A stretch of 64,000 bases of DNA from Eledone cirrhosa (lineage: Eukaryota): positions 186,806,001 through 186,870,000 of the forward strand of contig OZ024742.1 of the NCBI GenBank assembly GCA_964016885.1, written 5' to 3'. Position numbers and translations under genes: made by a program. Of the stretch, positions 1 through 13,886 are shown in pieces. The notes beneath the pieces are model-generated. The model was not told where the DNA came from. It did no database searches and saw only the letters and a list, made by a program, of their open reading frames with translations. Positions within the stretch are counted from its first letter, which is position 1, and every line of letters begins with the position of its first letter.

Positions 1-2770
1 TAAGGCTTTAGCTATAGAGAAAAATAGAGCAGAGGGAGAACTAGTTAGAAAATTAGACGAGGCGCTTAGCAAAGGCATCGCGACCAACGTACTTGCGGCG
101 AAATTGGCCCTTGACCAATTCTTCAATGCAAAGCACGAAGGATGCATTGTCAGAGCTAGGGTACGTGCTCTCAGACACGCGGGGACGAAAGCTGTTCAAT
201 GGGCCCGAGTGGCGGAGGCGCGTCGTGGCAACAAAGCCATGATCCGGTCTTTGGTGGACCACGACGGGCGTATGCTACTCGATGCCGGGTAAATGTGTGA
301 AGCTTTTCAGCGACACTTCGCTCAACAGTTCCGGGGCAGCGGCGGGCCGGATCGAGGTATGGACTCTAGTATCTACCTCGACGGACTGCCGCGGCTCTCG
401 ACCACTGAGGCGGAGTGTTGAGAAAAGCCGATAACAGCCGCTGAAGTACGGGAGGCAATGACTGGCTGCACAAGGGGTAAATCGCCGGGTTTGGATGATC
501 TGCCCTATGAACTTTACGTAAAGGTGCCAGACATGTTCGGAGGCCTGTTGGCGGACGTCTACTGCAACTGGCAACAGAACGGGAGAATTCCCAGCTCTGT
601 GAGCCGAGGAGCGGTGGCGCTGCTGAGAAAGGATCCGAACAACGGGGATAACATAGATCATTTCAGGCCCATAACTCTGCTAAACACAGAGTTCAAGATT
701 TTGGCCAAGGTGCTAGCAAAGAGGTTGGTGCTTGTCGTTGTTGGTGTGGTGGGAGAGGCGCAGCGATGCGCCATTCCCGACAGATGCATACACGACCACT
801 TCCACCTCATTCGATACATCGTAGAGAGGGTAGCTATTGAACCTGGCACGGGTGGGTCCTTGATCAATTTAGATCAGTCGAAAGCTTTCGATAGGGTCGA
901 CCATCGTTACCTAGCGGCAGTCCTGAAGGCGGCTGGCTTTGGGCCCGTCTTCAGAGGCTGAATCGCTGCCATGCACAGCGACATCTGCTCTGTGGTGAGA
1001 GTGAACGGTCACCTTTCAGAACCGTTCAACATCATGCGCTTGGTCCGCCAAGGATGTCCCCTCTCGTCCCTCCTGTACATATTGACTCTCGAGCCATTAC
1101 TGCACAAACTGGAGACGTTGAGGGGGGTCCCGCGCGAACTAGGATGCGGAAGATCCGTGTCAGCATATGCGGACGATGTCACCGTAATGGTGTCAAACGC
1201 CAAACACATCGAGGCGATCGGCACTACACTAAGAGAATACGAAGCGGTGACAGGAGCAATGATCAACCAGGAAAAGTCAGTGGGCCTGCAGCTCGGCACC
1301 TGGAGAAGCAGGTCCATGCCGTCCAACAGCGTCGTCGGGCGCTGGACGGACGGACCGGTTAAATTGCTAGGGGTCTGGTTCGGTCCGGACCTCAAGAGGG
1401 ACAAAAACTGGGACGAGGTGACGAGCAGGGTGGCTTCTCTCACCCAGAAATGGGCGGAGAGGAAGCTATCCCTGAAAGGTCGAGCGGAGGTGGCTAACGC
1501 GTACATCGCGTCTGTCATCTGCTACCGCCTGACCGTCGTACCTTGTCCTAAGCCTCGCCTGACTGCGCTGGAGCGTTTGCTCTTTCGCTTTTTGTGGAAG
1601 GGACCCGCTCCGATGGTCAGGCGGTCCATCTTTTGTCAACACCCGCTACGTGGCGGGCTGGGCTTGCCGTGGCTGATGATGCGCAGACAGGCGCTCAGGC
1701 TACGACATCTCCACTTCTTCCTCGACGGTGATCAGGTGTGGTCTCCGTTTGCTAGACGCGTCTTTCCCCAGCTCGTTTCCTAGACGGAGCTGCAGTCCTG
1801 GGTCAAGCGAAGACCGAGAGGGAGCGCTTGGAGACTGGAATGGCTTCAGGCGCTCACAGCCCTCGACCAATCGGGCCATGTGATCGGTGGAAACTCCACC
1901 TCGGCGTTCTATAGAGGATTAGTTGAGGGGAAGAGGGACGACGTACTTGGGGAAACTCTAGGCCTCGACCAAAATCAACTAGCCAATCTCTTCGGAAGCA
2001 CTTTCGGGCCGGGGCCCATGGACAACTTCCAGAAATCCCTGGCCTGGCAGTGCTACCGAGGAGCTTTGCCAGTTCGGGATAAACTCTATAGGCATGGAGG
2101 TGCCGTCAGCCGAGCATGTCCGAGATGTGCGCAGGGCGACGAAACCGTCCTGCACGCACTCGTCTAGTGTCCGAGAATTGCTGACTTGTGGGTTTATGTC
2201 GAACACCTGCTGTCGCGTGTAGGAAGGATCCGGCTATCAGCTGAGTACATCGTGAGGATTGCCCTGCCAGCTTCCTTTAGCCGGGAAGGGCAGGCAGTTT
2301 TTATCTGTCTGGTGGTCATGGCGAAAGAGATAGTATGGTGGACTCGTTTGAAAAGGCTGAAGACGAGCACTTACCTCTTCGGTGATGCCTTGATTGACTT
2401 TTTCAAATTTCATTTGAAAATGAAAATCAGGGTAGAAAGGGAAGTGCTCTCTTCCCAGCATTTTGTTGAAAGATGGGTAAGAGAAGCAAGAATGGCCCGA
2501 GTGAATGGGCCTACTCTGAGTATTTGTCTGGGAAAACTGGGAGAGGGTGGTCAGGTTCACTGTGGCCTTTTAATGGGCTTTCTCCACAAATATCCCTCGG
2601 AAGTCTCCCTCGTATTGGGGAATTTTTCATTGTTATTTTTTTGTTACATCCTCTCTTTTTGTTTTTTACACGCAGAAATGCCCATTTGTACCGTCCTGTA
2701 TTGTCCTGTACTGTCCTTAATGTCTACTTTATGTAAACCCTTGTGGTTAATAAAGAAAGCATTATTATTA
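1..2770 (+). mobile_element. Tx1/L1-clade non-LTR retrotransposon, ORF2 (RT plus C-terminal Cys motif), disrupted by stops; runs off the window start
   Basis: ORFs 458-961, 971-1783, 1880-2167 and 2186-2887 give KSPGLDDLP, FRPITLLNTEFKILAK, LDQSKAFDRVDH, VRQGCPLS, YADD and CPRC...ETVLH. It ends in AATAAAGAAAGC followed by an (ATT)n tail at ~2749-2770. Confidence 0.95.
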
Positions 2771-2882
2771 CACTGTGGCCTTTTAATGGGCTTTCTCCAC
2801 AAATGTCCCTCGGAAGTTTCCCCCCTATTGAGGAATTTTTCATTGTTATTTTTTTGTTACATCCTCTGTTTTTGTTTTTTAT
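2771..2882 (+). repeat. Second partial copy of the Tx1 3' UTR
   Basis: CACTGTGGCCTTTTAATGGGCTTTCTCCACAAAT... repeats the sequence at ~2558-2668 with a few substitutions. Confidence 0.9.
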
Positions 2883-2884
2883 CC

Positions 2885-4083
2885 TAAGGCCTAACAGTAG
2901 CCACCAACCTCTCTAGCGTAGATTTCTTAGACATTAATTTAGACCTTCGCACACACAACCCCACAGACCCTTCCATAAGATAAACGAGAAACTTAATTAC
3001 ATTCACAAGGACTCATGCCACCCTCCCACTGTTTTTAGAAACTTCGTTAAGAATATCAGTACTAGAATCTCAAACCTCTCCTCTAATAAGGCTATCTTTG
3101 ACAGGGCGGCACCCTACTATAACACGGCGTTGGCTAACAGCGGCTTCTCACAACCTATCATCTACTCTCCCACTAGCAACAACACCATTAAGAAAAGTAA
3201 GCGCATCAATAGACAAACTATCTGGTTCTCTCCTCCCTTCTCACTCAACGTTAAAACCAATGTAGGAAAAAGATTTCTAGCCCTCTTAGATAGACACTTC
3301 CCCATAGGTCATAAATACGGCTCCATCTTTAACCGACACAAAGTTAAACTAGGATACTCCTGCGCTAAGAACATGAAAGCCCACATCACCAGCAGCCCTA
3401 GGAGCAACACCCCACTAGGGTGCTTTTGCCGTAAGCTTGAAGCTTGCCTCCTTCAACAACAATGTAACACACCAGCTGTAATCTATGAAGCTGTGGTCAC
3501 TTCCAACCGACCAAACGAACCACAGGAGGTCAAATCCTATGTGGGCATGGCGGAGGGCCGATTCAAGGAGTCTTTCCTGAACCACCAGTCTACCTTCAGA
3601 TACCCGGACAGACGTTCATCCACGAAACTCGCAAGCCACGTATGGTCCCTCAAGGACTCAAGTATAGGGTACTCCATTCAATGGAAAGCCATCACTAAGT
3701 CCAAGCCATACGCAAGGGGAAATCCGACGTGTGGCGTATGTATTGACGAACGAATAACTATCCTAAAGAGATTACGCAATAGTGATTGCCTAAACACGAG
3801 AAGTGAATTTTTCAAACGTTGTCCACACGTCACCAAACATCTATTGCATAACTACAAGGCTCCGGACTGATTCTTTGTAATTTTATTTTTAATTTTTTTA
3901 TTTTATTTTCAACCAAAAAGCTTTCCGGACTTTCGCAGTTTTCTCCCTTAACCCCCCCCCCCCCCGCACGCAGTCTAGTATTGCCTGTGTGAAGTGACCG
4001 AGTTTCTGCGCATGCGCGTTCGTACGGTTGTCCTTCCTGTTCCTATAACCATACACATCCCGAGCTGAAGATACGCGAAGGTG

Positions 4084-4086
<3 letters not shown>
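2885..4086 (+). mobile_element. Penelope-like element (Naiad/Neptune-type), 5'-truncated: RT thumb, linker, GIY-YIG endonuclease, 3' UTR
   Basis: Upstream frames read VDFLDINLDL and LNYIHKDSCHPPTVFRN. ORF 3130-3870 has IWFSPPFSLNVKTN, CFCRKLEAC, VIYEA...YVGMAEGRFKE, CGVC and CPH. The UTR ends in CTGAAGA...GAAA (4065-4086) next to (TA)n. Confidence 0.9.
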
Positions 4087-4114
<28 letters not shown>

Positions 4115-4119
4115 TATGC

Positions 4120-6790
4120 AAAAGTTCTATTTAACGTTGTTGGGATACAACAAGTAAATATTTTTATAACTGATATAAAGCACTCGACAAATTTTTGGAG
4201 TAGATATACGATATTAATAAATGGAAACTATATTTATAAAACCATATTTATTTCATTATACATATTTCAGTGATACCACATTAAATTATGGTATGCCTTC
4301 ATCAGACAAAATACAATATATAACAGTTTTACAAATTGGTTTGACGTACCCTTTAAAATACAACCATTACTTTTGGAGGCTGTCTGGATAGTGATTTGTT
4401 TATATAATAAGTCATAGTGTTAAGCACAATTAGAAAAAGACGGAGAGAAAGAAAGAGAAAAGAACAAAGACAGAGAGAGAGAAAGAAAAGAGAAAGAAAC
4501 CTGGAGAAATATCGGAGAAAGAGAGAAATGTATGGAGAAAAGAAAGAGATAGATAAAGATAGGATGAAATAAAAAAAGAAAGAAAAGGAAGGAATAAGAA
4601 AAACAAAGGAAAGCAACAGAGAGATATCAAATCATCATACAGAAAGAGAAACTCAAGAGAGAGAAATACTATATAGAGAGAGGGGGACAGTGACAACTTT
4701 ACGTCATATCATATTAAGTTGAGTTAACAATTTATATGAAATGAATAATAAAAATATAAATATAAGTATCAATATTCATGAATGGGACATAGATATATAA
4801 TATGAGAAATTAAACATTGTTCAATAATGACCATATGTTTAGTTTAGAAACTTGAGATCAATATACCAAAATCTGAGTTCAAAATGTACCCTTGCTATAG
4901 AGATTAGTATTTTATGCAAAGACATACAAATATATATGTATATATACATACATATAGATACGCACGTCCTGAAAATAGAAATTATGTTTACTCAAGCCAA
5001 CAATATAGCCATACAAAACGTAAATGATTTCTCTTAATCACTGCTATACACTCATTGTGTTATAAAAATTTCACAGTATATATATACACAAATATATACG
5101 ATTAACAATCATGTCCTCATATATACGATTACCATTCATGTGTTTAATATTATGCACATCTGCAACATACCTCTCAACCACATAGATATATACACATACA
5201 TATATACACATACATATGTATAAATAAATATTTGCGTGCGTCCTCATGCATCACTCATGTATATATACAGACACATATACAAACACAAAAATCTATAACA
5301 CTTTCTATGCATGTTAATACACACATATGCATTTGTATAGAGATAATCAAATATCAATAAATTACCAAAGGATTATAATTTGTAAATATAACAATAACAA
5401 TATAAATTTAAAATACCAAAGGAATATATTTTGGAAATGCAACTATATAGTCAAAAGAAATCTAGAAATATCAAAGCATTAAATATCATTAAAACACTAT
5501 AGAGTATCTTAAGTTAAAATAATATGTTTTATATATTTAGTATAGAAAGTTATCCTACGTATATCTCAATCAAGATATTGAGAGGGTAGACTTGTGAAAG
5601 TTATGAGAAGCTATCATAATCAAAACAAATAAAAATAATTTAAAAGATTTAAAAAATTAAAAAAAACCCAATGATTCTACAGATAACCTTATATTTAATA
5701 TAGAAATTTAGCTTACGTATATTTTATTTAATACATTGGAAGTATAGACATTTTAGAGTAGTTTATTATATCCATGTTTATATTTAGGAAGAAAGTTTAA
5801 AAATAAAAAGGTGAAGGAATCTAATGGATTATCGACAGGTTCTATATATTAACTAAAATTACTTAATTAATTATACTACATTTTAAATTTATATTTATAT
5901 TTAAACGTTGAGTTCAATCTATGTCTGCAGCAACTGAATAAATTGTTCCTCAGATTAAGGGAATTTTTGGACTTTAATATAAAGAATATTTCTTCAATAC
6001 AAAGATCACAATTTTCTGAAGAGGAATTAAAAGGAGTAGCTTATGAAATAATATTCGGCTTTTGGAATTATTGTAATGTTTTCTATTATAGTTGTTAAAG
6101 TTGTTACCGTAATTAAAATTGTTATTATTTTGGTTAGTTTGCTTATTATTATTATTATCGATGTATTTAATTTTATTTCTATATCCAGCTCTAGCTAATG
6201 CTTCGTTGTAATACTGCGCTTTTTCATCAAATATATTTTTATTAGATGAAATTCTTGAAATTCGTTCTTGAACAGAGTTCACTATAATATTTTTAACAGA
6301 TCTGGGGTGATTAGAGTTAAAGTTGACATAATTCAAGTTCTTATTTAGTTTGTGTAATGGATAATGAAGACATGTGTTGAGATTTAGTGTTACATCAAGA
6401 AAATTGACTATTCTATGGTTATTCTCTATTTTTATTTTTAGATTAAGGTAATTAAAAAATTGTATAATTTGCTTTCTTTTTCTATTTAGTTCACAGCTAT
6501 TATCTTCTATAAGTAAAAGCATGTCATCACGATATAAACCTCCGGTTACACCTGGTATTTTTCTATGTAGCGAATTAATTATAAATAGGCCCACAAGGTC
6601 CGTTACCTGAGCTGAGTCTGATGATCCCATAGTTATGTCGAAATTATAATTTCTATCTGCCCTAGTCCAGAGTTGGTTATTAAATTCTATCAATGTTTTC
6701 CCTGCCGATAATATAATGTGCATTTCATTGCTAGTTAGGTCAGTATGTTTAAATGCGTAATTTAGTGCCTTATTCAGTAGATTAGGAGTG
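4120..6790 (-). mobile_element. Penelope-like element with internal deletion, long 3' UTR and terminal hammerhead
   Basis: ORF 5974-6723 has the PLE RT core (FDITMGSSDSAQVTDLVG, LYRDD, VNFLDVTLNL, SNHP). 5875-6045 encodes PFNSSSENCDLCIEEIFFILKSKNSLN...CCRHR, matching the end of ORF 22702-23499. Both ends abut (TA)n. Confidence 0.9.
4249..4313 (-). ncRNA. Type I hammerhead ribozyme, family A (PLE 3' end)
   Basis: Reverse complement reads TATTTTGT-CTGATGA-aggcataccat...gtggtatcact-GAAA-TATGTA-TA-ATGAAATA. Stem I is 8 bp with G-U pairs; the cleavage triplet is AUA. Confidence 0.85.
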
Positions 6791-6845
6791 ATATATATAT
6801 ATATGTATAATAAAATAAGATGCTGAGGTTACATATATCGTTTAA

Positions 6846-6933
6846 TCATAATAATTATTTATACGGTTCTCCATGCAATTGAGATGTCCTTCATGCATTT
6901 GCTGTTGATTAAAAGAACGGTTTCCTCAGATGA
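6846..6933 (-). ncRNA. Decayed type I hammerhead
   Basis: Reverse complement reads TCAT-CTGAGGA-aaccgttct...agaaccgta-TAAA (for GAAA)-TAATTA-TT-ATGA. Confidence 0.5.
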
Positions 6934-7789
6934 AGATCGATATATTTGATATGCCGCTGGCAGGAAAATACACAACCTAATGCCTGTCCCCCCAGCATAC
7001 ATATGCGTTCCTTGAAGGGTTTGCCAGCCGTCGCGTTTGTTAGAAAAAGCTATCAACGAAAAACGACCAAAAAGAACGAAGAACCGTGTGCAACCAAAAC
7101 CCAGTAGAGAGTTGAAGCAACACAAGGAGCTCTGAGAGGGGTGGGGTATACATTTAGTTGACCACCTACAGAAAACAACAACAACGACAACGACAACTAC
7201 AACAACAACAATGACAATAACATCAAACCGCCGACCAAAGTTATCCACACTGTTCGCAATAGACGTGTTGATACCATCACCCTATTGACAACAACAACTA
7301 AAACAACAACTACAGTAAAAACACTTACAACGACAAATGCAACAAACGACAACAACAACAAAAACACAGACCAGCGTCGTGTATACAGGTCGTAGTGGTC
7401 GCAGTGACGGTACCACCCTGTTGACCATAAACAACGATAACGCCAAAGCAATAAAAAGGAGTTTAGACGTAGGTGGGTACACAGAGTTGGTTGTATCAAT
7501 CATACTGACCATAAACTGTAACAACAATGGCAACGGCAACATACACCAACACCGCCCATCACCCAAACCCGTTCGTAGCAGTAGTGGTAGTATCAACTAT
7601 GTCAGTATTAAGCCATTGGTAACACCAATTACAACAACAACACCAGCGATGACCCCACAACGGCAACGGCGGTAACAGAAGAAAAAAAGCCACGGTTCCA
7701 AGAAAATTAAACTAACCACAATAATAGTCCGTTAAAACAAGGAGGTGAGAATGCGATAGAAAACATAGATGAGTATTTAAATATATAAA

Positions 7790-8590
7790 AACATTCCCAG
7801 TTAATACAATCCTCCTTTATCACGGGAAGGCACAAGGCCAGCAATGATCATAGCATTCAGTCCCAACCACAGTGCCAACAATACTATCAAAAGGGCTGTT
7901 AGGCCATGGAAGAGAGTTACGCGAAGCGAAAGTAGGAACAGGAACAAATAGAAGAAACGAGAACACATATAGAGAACACAATAATAAAGGAACGGGACAA
8001 AATACATAGGTAGCATCGGCTCAACCCTACAGAGAGGGTGGACATGACTCGTGCGATTTGTGTGCCACCGAGATTATGGAAATAATCAAGAGGGGAGCTC
8101 GAGTTATCAATAAAAGGAGTAACCTCTTCAGCACCTGCCTCCATAGATCTTCTGGAAACTTCCTCAAACTGTACGGATTAGCAACGTAGTGGTGCTAGTT
8201 GAAGACTTTTGCAATCTTGTCCGTGGAGGCTGGGTATAGCCTCGCGGCAACCCCAGCGTCACGCGAGCTTTGGATATCTTGTTTGCACACCTGGAGTCTC
8301 TACGTGTACTTGTTTTATTGTCCTGTGTTCCCTATTCCTCTGTTTATATACCTACTGTTGTTTTTTGTGTTTTGCCCCGTTCCTTTATTATTGTGTTCTC
8401 TATATGTGTTCTCGTTTCTTCTATTTGTTCCTGTTCCTACTTCCGCTTCCCGTAACTCTCTTCCATGGCCTAACAGCCCTGTTGATAGTATTGTTGGCAC
8501 TGTGGTTGGAACTGAATGCTATGATTATTGCTGGCCTTGTTCCTTCCAGTGATAGAGGAGGATTGTATTAACTGGGAATGTTTTATATAA
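7790..8590. repeat. ~210 bp inverted repeat pair (about 7790-8005 and 8374-8590)
   Basis: AACATTCCCAGTTAATACAATCCTCC... is the reverse complement of ...GGAGGATTGTATTAACTGGGAATGTT, with scattered mismatches. Confidence 0.9.
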
Positions 8591-9269
8591 AAAAATACCC
8601 ATCAATATTGATCTCCTTTATATATATATATATATATGGCCCTTTACCACATACTTTCAACACTTTTATTTTATATTGCAACTAGTTTATCCATTTCTTC
8701 ATTTACTTTTACACTCTCTATTATTTTAACTACGAACACTCTCTCTTATTTTAAACACCCTGAACTTTTTTTTACATATTCAACACTTATTTCATTTTAC
8801 TTTATTTTATTTTACACTTATTTTAGACATATTATTCACTTATTGACTTCATCTTTTCCTGAACATTCTCTCTTATTTTAACAACCCTGGGACTTTATCA
8901 CATACTTTCAACAACAAAATATTTTTATAGCTCTGTTCTAAACATAGAGCACTGGTTTTTCTTTGGCTTTTTCTTCTTCGCAATTACCTAATCCCCCCCC
9001 CCCCCCCCCCACATATATATATATTATACATATATATATATTTGTATATACTAGCAGAAAAACCGCCCGCCAGCCGGTTTTCTGCTAGCATATGTAATGT
9101 GCATATTGGTATTATACGCAAATATATATATGTAAATTGAAAAGTAAATTGACACTATCTTCTTCTTCGCCCACTTATTTCTGAGAGGGTTGTGGGGGCC
9201 TGGATCCTTCTCAAACACTCCTTCCAGCGAGTCAGAAGTAAACATCTGGCAGAAGTAAACATCTCTAAC

Positions 9270-9815
9270 TGATGCAGCTGGATCCCAAAGCGTGACCAGC
9301 CATGCTCATGGATGTTATCCAACTATCTTGCTCAGGGTCTACCTCTGGGGATCTTGACGGTTGGTTTTTGCCTGTAAAATGTGTCCAGCGATTCTTTAGT
9401 GAGACATTCTAACCACATGCTCATAATATCGGAGTTGTGATCTCTCATTTCAGAGAAGTAGCGGCTCTACCAGGAGTAACTTTCTGGTCTCAAGTTATGC
9501 ACTTTATCGAGTAATGTTACTCCAAAGACCCTTCGGAGGAACCCCATTTCTGCCACTTTTATTTGTAATTGTATTCTTTTGGTCATTACTCAAGATTCAT
9601 GATCCTCGGTAAGAGTTGGTAGGAATACCAGGAAGACAGCGAGTTTGGCTTTTACACCTACCACCTTCTTCTGATTGCTGAATGCTGAGGCTGGCGCATT
9701 ACTGAATCAGCTTTCGCAATTCTTGCACTTAATTCAGCCCCTGCATTCCATCACTCATGAACACGGCTCCAAGATTCTTGAACTTCTCTAACTGCTTCAG
9801 TAGAACTCCATTCAC
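9270..9815 (-). mobile_element. RTE-clade (Rex3/Expander-like) LINE fragment
   Basis: Minus frame reads KAKLAVF...PTLT...HES*VMTKRIQLQIKVAEMGFLRRVFGVTLLDKV. Confidence 0.8.
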
Positions 9816-10011
9816 ATGTATATACATTTGAGGAATTTCTGTCCACTCGTCCATCACACAATGTGTTTGTGTGTTTGTGTGAATGTATGTGTGTGTAAAA
9901 GGAAGGAAAGGGATACATACATATATGTCTCTAACTTAAAAACAGTGACACACACGTCTCTAATTCAAGAACACCGACAAACTCGCGCGTGCACATACAC
10001 ACACTGACCTA

Positions 10012-10870
10012 TTAGTACTCAAGAGCTTTGGCCCGGGCAAACATCCCTTCAATTTTGGAACTGTCTGGGTTGTCCAGAATTGATTGGAAAAGACTTGACA
10101 GTCTTACTCTGTCCCTTACCTGGGACGTCACAGTTAGTGACTCTTTTGCTTCTTCCCACATCCTGGATGCAGCGGTAAAGGCGAGAGCTACAGCATCCGC
10201 AGTTGAACGGAACAAAATCCTAAAATACCGTGTTCTGTCAGCTAACTACATTATCCAGCCTGTGGCGCAGGGCCGTCTTAACAGCATTATAGGCCCCCGG
10301 GCAAAGCAGAGCACTGGGGCCCCTAACTACACAACCACTCACAGGAATAAAAATACAAATGGGCCACCTATCCTCGTGGGACCCCCGGGCAACTGCCCGG
10401 CGAGCCAATACGTTAAGACGGCCCTGCTGTGGCGTTCAGGACGTTTGGGGAAGTCGGGCTATTGACAGCGAGGTTCTTATCTTCACTGGCGGCTCGCCGA
10501 ACAGAGGTAACTGGTGATGCGCGTGCGGACACTTGGTTGTTCCAGCACCTCAGCCCCGCCATCACCCCAGGTAACCTCGCGAGCGGGCTGGACTGCCTCA
10601 AAAGTTATTACAGAGGTTTCCCAGTGCTCCTCGCTTTATTGCTATCTGTTGCTCTGGTAGCGTCTCGTTTTTGCCATTCTTTCGCCTGCATATTGTTCTG
10701 TGTGGTCTAAGATGTGGGTATTACGTGCTTGTGTATTTTTCTCTTGCTTTTTTCTTTTCTTTCCCTTTCCTTTGTATATATTATATTTGTTAGTGTTTTC
10801 GTTCTATAATCATTATATTAAAGTTTAAAAAAAGAGAGTTAAACTGTGTTGTTAATAAATAAATAACAAA
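10012..10870 (+). mobile_element. CRE-clade-like non-LTR element, restriction-like endonuclease and 3' UTR fragment
   Basis: RANIPSILE..GLSR.D.KR.D.LTL...WDVTVSDSFA...KILKY...FRTFG...LFQHLS.AI..GN, interrupted by a MITE. A partial second copy lies at ~11003-11290. Confidence 0.8.
10268..10426. mobile_element. hAT-type MITE
   Basis: 15-bp TIRs CAGGGCCGTCTTAAC / GTTAAGACGGCCCTG and a perfect 8-bp TSD CTGTGGCG (10260-10267, 10427-10434). Confidence 0.95.
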
Positions 10871-12347
10871 ATTGTACTTTTACCCTCCTATTTCCAATTC
10901 ACCGAACGTTTTAATGACTGTATGTGTGTGTTTGTGTAAATGTATATGTGTGAATGTATGTTTGTGTTTGTGTGAAAGTATGTGTATGTGTGTGAATGGG
11001 TCGTCACAGTTAGTGACACTTTTTCTTCTCACATCCTGGATGCAACAGTGAAAGCTAGAGTATATATATTATATTTGTGTTTTCGTTCTCTAAGCGTTAT
11101 ATTAATTTTTTATACAAATGAGTTTTAAAAAAGCGTTAAACTGTGTTGTTAATAAATAAATAAATAAAACGTTATACTTGTTTTACCCTCCAGTTTCCAA
11201 TTCACGGAACGCTATCATAACTGTATGTGTGTGTTTGTGTAAATGTATATGTGAATGTGTGTTTGTGTGAAAGTATGTGTATTTATCTGAATGTATGTCC
11301 ATGAGGGTGTATTTTTATAAGTTTGTGTTTGCGCGATCATAGTTATATACTCATACATATAGATGTATGTATGTGCACAGTCAAACGCGTCAGCGTGTAG
11401 AAAGTCATAATCACTCTATATCTCTCATCAAAAACTCTCTATTTTTGTATATATGGTAGTTGAAGTGGTTGTGGTGGCGATGATATACCGGAAGTCTAGA
11501 AATTTGCAACTTTGAAAAGAAGTCAATTTAAAATTATTTATAAATACGAAATTTAGTACAAAAATGATGTGATATTCATTCATTATTTATTCAAAGTAAT
11601 CGAACTTATTTTACAAACGGGATAACATTTTAAAATCTGGATGCAGTCCCGCACTACTTACTTTATTATAATTTAGATATGTATATGTGTATGTATATAA
11701 AAGCTTCACGGCACAGGCATTGCTTTATATCTGGAGATCTCTCTGCACTTGTCGTCACATGGTACCATGGGCCCAGCACTATGTGTCAATAATTGTCACA
11801 AGTGTAGTGTTTGTACCAGAGTTTTCAAGGACTAAAAATCACACTTGTTCAGCGCATCGGTAGGAGTTCTCCTACATGGATATAAAGTAGTGGCCCTACT
11901 CGAAAACGAGTTGGCAGCCACCATGTATATATGTATATATGTATGTGGTTATCTGTGTGTGTGTGTGTATTTGTATGTATACTTGTGTATATTTGTATGT
12001 ATATTTGCATGCTTCCATATGTTTATACTTTCACTGGACACACACACGCATGTATCTATGTGTAGTTTAGCGTATGTGATTTTATTTATGTATAAGCTTA
12101 TCTTTATGTGTGTGACGTTTTTGTATCTATATTTTATTTTATATTCTTATCTATATTTTTATTTTATTTTATTTTTACCTATGTATTTGCGTATGTACAT
12201 GTCTGCAGACTGGTGTGTTAATTAATACGCTTGTGTCTATATATATATGTATGTGAATGCGTATTTGTTGTATTTATTTACTTTTTTACTCATGAGTTCG
12301 CAGACTTAACGTTCATATACATGTGTGTGTATGTGTATATGTGTGTG

Positions 12348-12394
<47 letters not shown>

Positions 12395-12399
<5 letters not shown>

Positions 12400-13138
12400 A
12401 TATTAACAAATGGAAACTATATTTATAAAACCATATTTATTTCATTAAACATATTCAAGGACACCAAAGCAAACTATGTTGCGCTTTCATCAGATAAAAT
12501 ATAATATAGATCAGTTTTATAAACAAATATTGACATACCCTTACAGAATGCGACCATGTCGGTTGGAGGCTCCCGGATAGTAGGGTTACTAATTTTATTT
12601 ACTAATTTTATTGTCGGAGAGGTTTAAATCCTGTGCGTGTGTATATATATCGAAATGTATATTTTGAATACATTCTATGAATGAACTCATATAAAAGATT
12701 TTTTACGGTTTATGCTTTAGATATATTCTTATGAAAAACTTTAAACATTAAGACGTTATAGTAAACAAATTTATATTTTAACAGTCACAACTGTATAACA
12801 GGTGGATTTATAAAATATATACAATTTATAAAATTATGACTTACTATAAAATAATATAAGATTTTCTTATCATCTTAACCTTATAACATTTAATCCTTAG
12901 AGCTATTTAAATTACAAATAAATCAATTAATTTCCCTCACGCTGTATTGCTATTACTAAGAGATTTTTCTTCGGTAAAATCTCTGAACATTCCTATATTT
13001 TAAACATATTTTTTGTTATTTCTTACAATTTTTATTGTTAATTAATTGAAAAATTAATAATTAATTGTTGGTTGAAGATTAATAATAAATTTATGTAAGG
13101 TTATGTAATAATAACATATATTTTAATATTTTTTGATA

Positions 13139-13202
<64 letters not shown>

Positions 13203-13886
13203 TCTTTTAATAATATATAGATCTCAATTTTTAATTTATAGATCTCAATAATTTAATTGATAAATTAAACATTTAATCAAATTTAAACATTAGATAAAAT
13301 TCTCCGGTTATTACTATTTATTTATTGATTTATTTATCCACATTTTATTTACTCCGCGTAATTCCTCCACTATATATTTATCGTTTCGCTTCATTATCTC
13401 ATAAAATTACGTTAATACAACTTAAGGTTTTCTCTCTTTCTCTTACTTTTGTTTTTCTTTTGTTTTCCTTCTTTGGCTTTGCTCTTTCTTTCTTTTCTTT
13501 CTTTTTCTTTTTTATTTTTTCGCTATTCCAACGGCTTAATTTAAATGTACAGGATTTAAACCTCTCTGACACTAATTTGCATAATAGACCAACAATAAAA
13601 TTAGTAACCCTACTATCTGGGAGCCTCCAACCGACATGGTCGCATTCTTTAAGGGTATGTCAATACTTGTTTATAAAACTGATCTATATTATATTTTATC
13701 TGATGAAAGCGCACCATAATTTGCTTTGGTGTCCTTGAAATATGTATAATGAAATAAATATGATTTTATAAATATAGTTTCCATTTGTTAATATATTGTA
13801 TTTTTACTCCAAAAATGTGTTGAGTGCTTCATATCAGTTATAAAAATATTTGGATGTTGTATCCCAACAAATTAAATATAACTTCT

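Noticed and set aside
9051-9088. Hairpin CTAGCAGAAAA...TTTTCTGCTAG, a possible Helitron/Helentron end
   Set aside because: It is too short, and I could not identify a matching second terminus.
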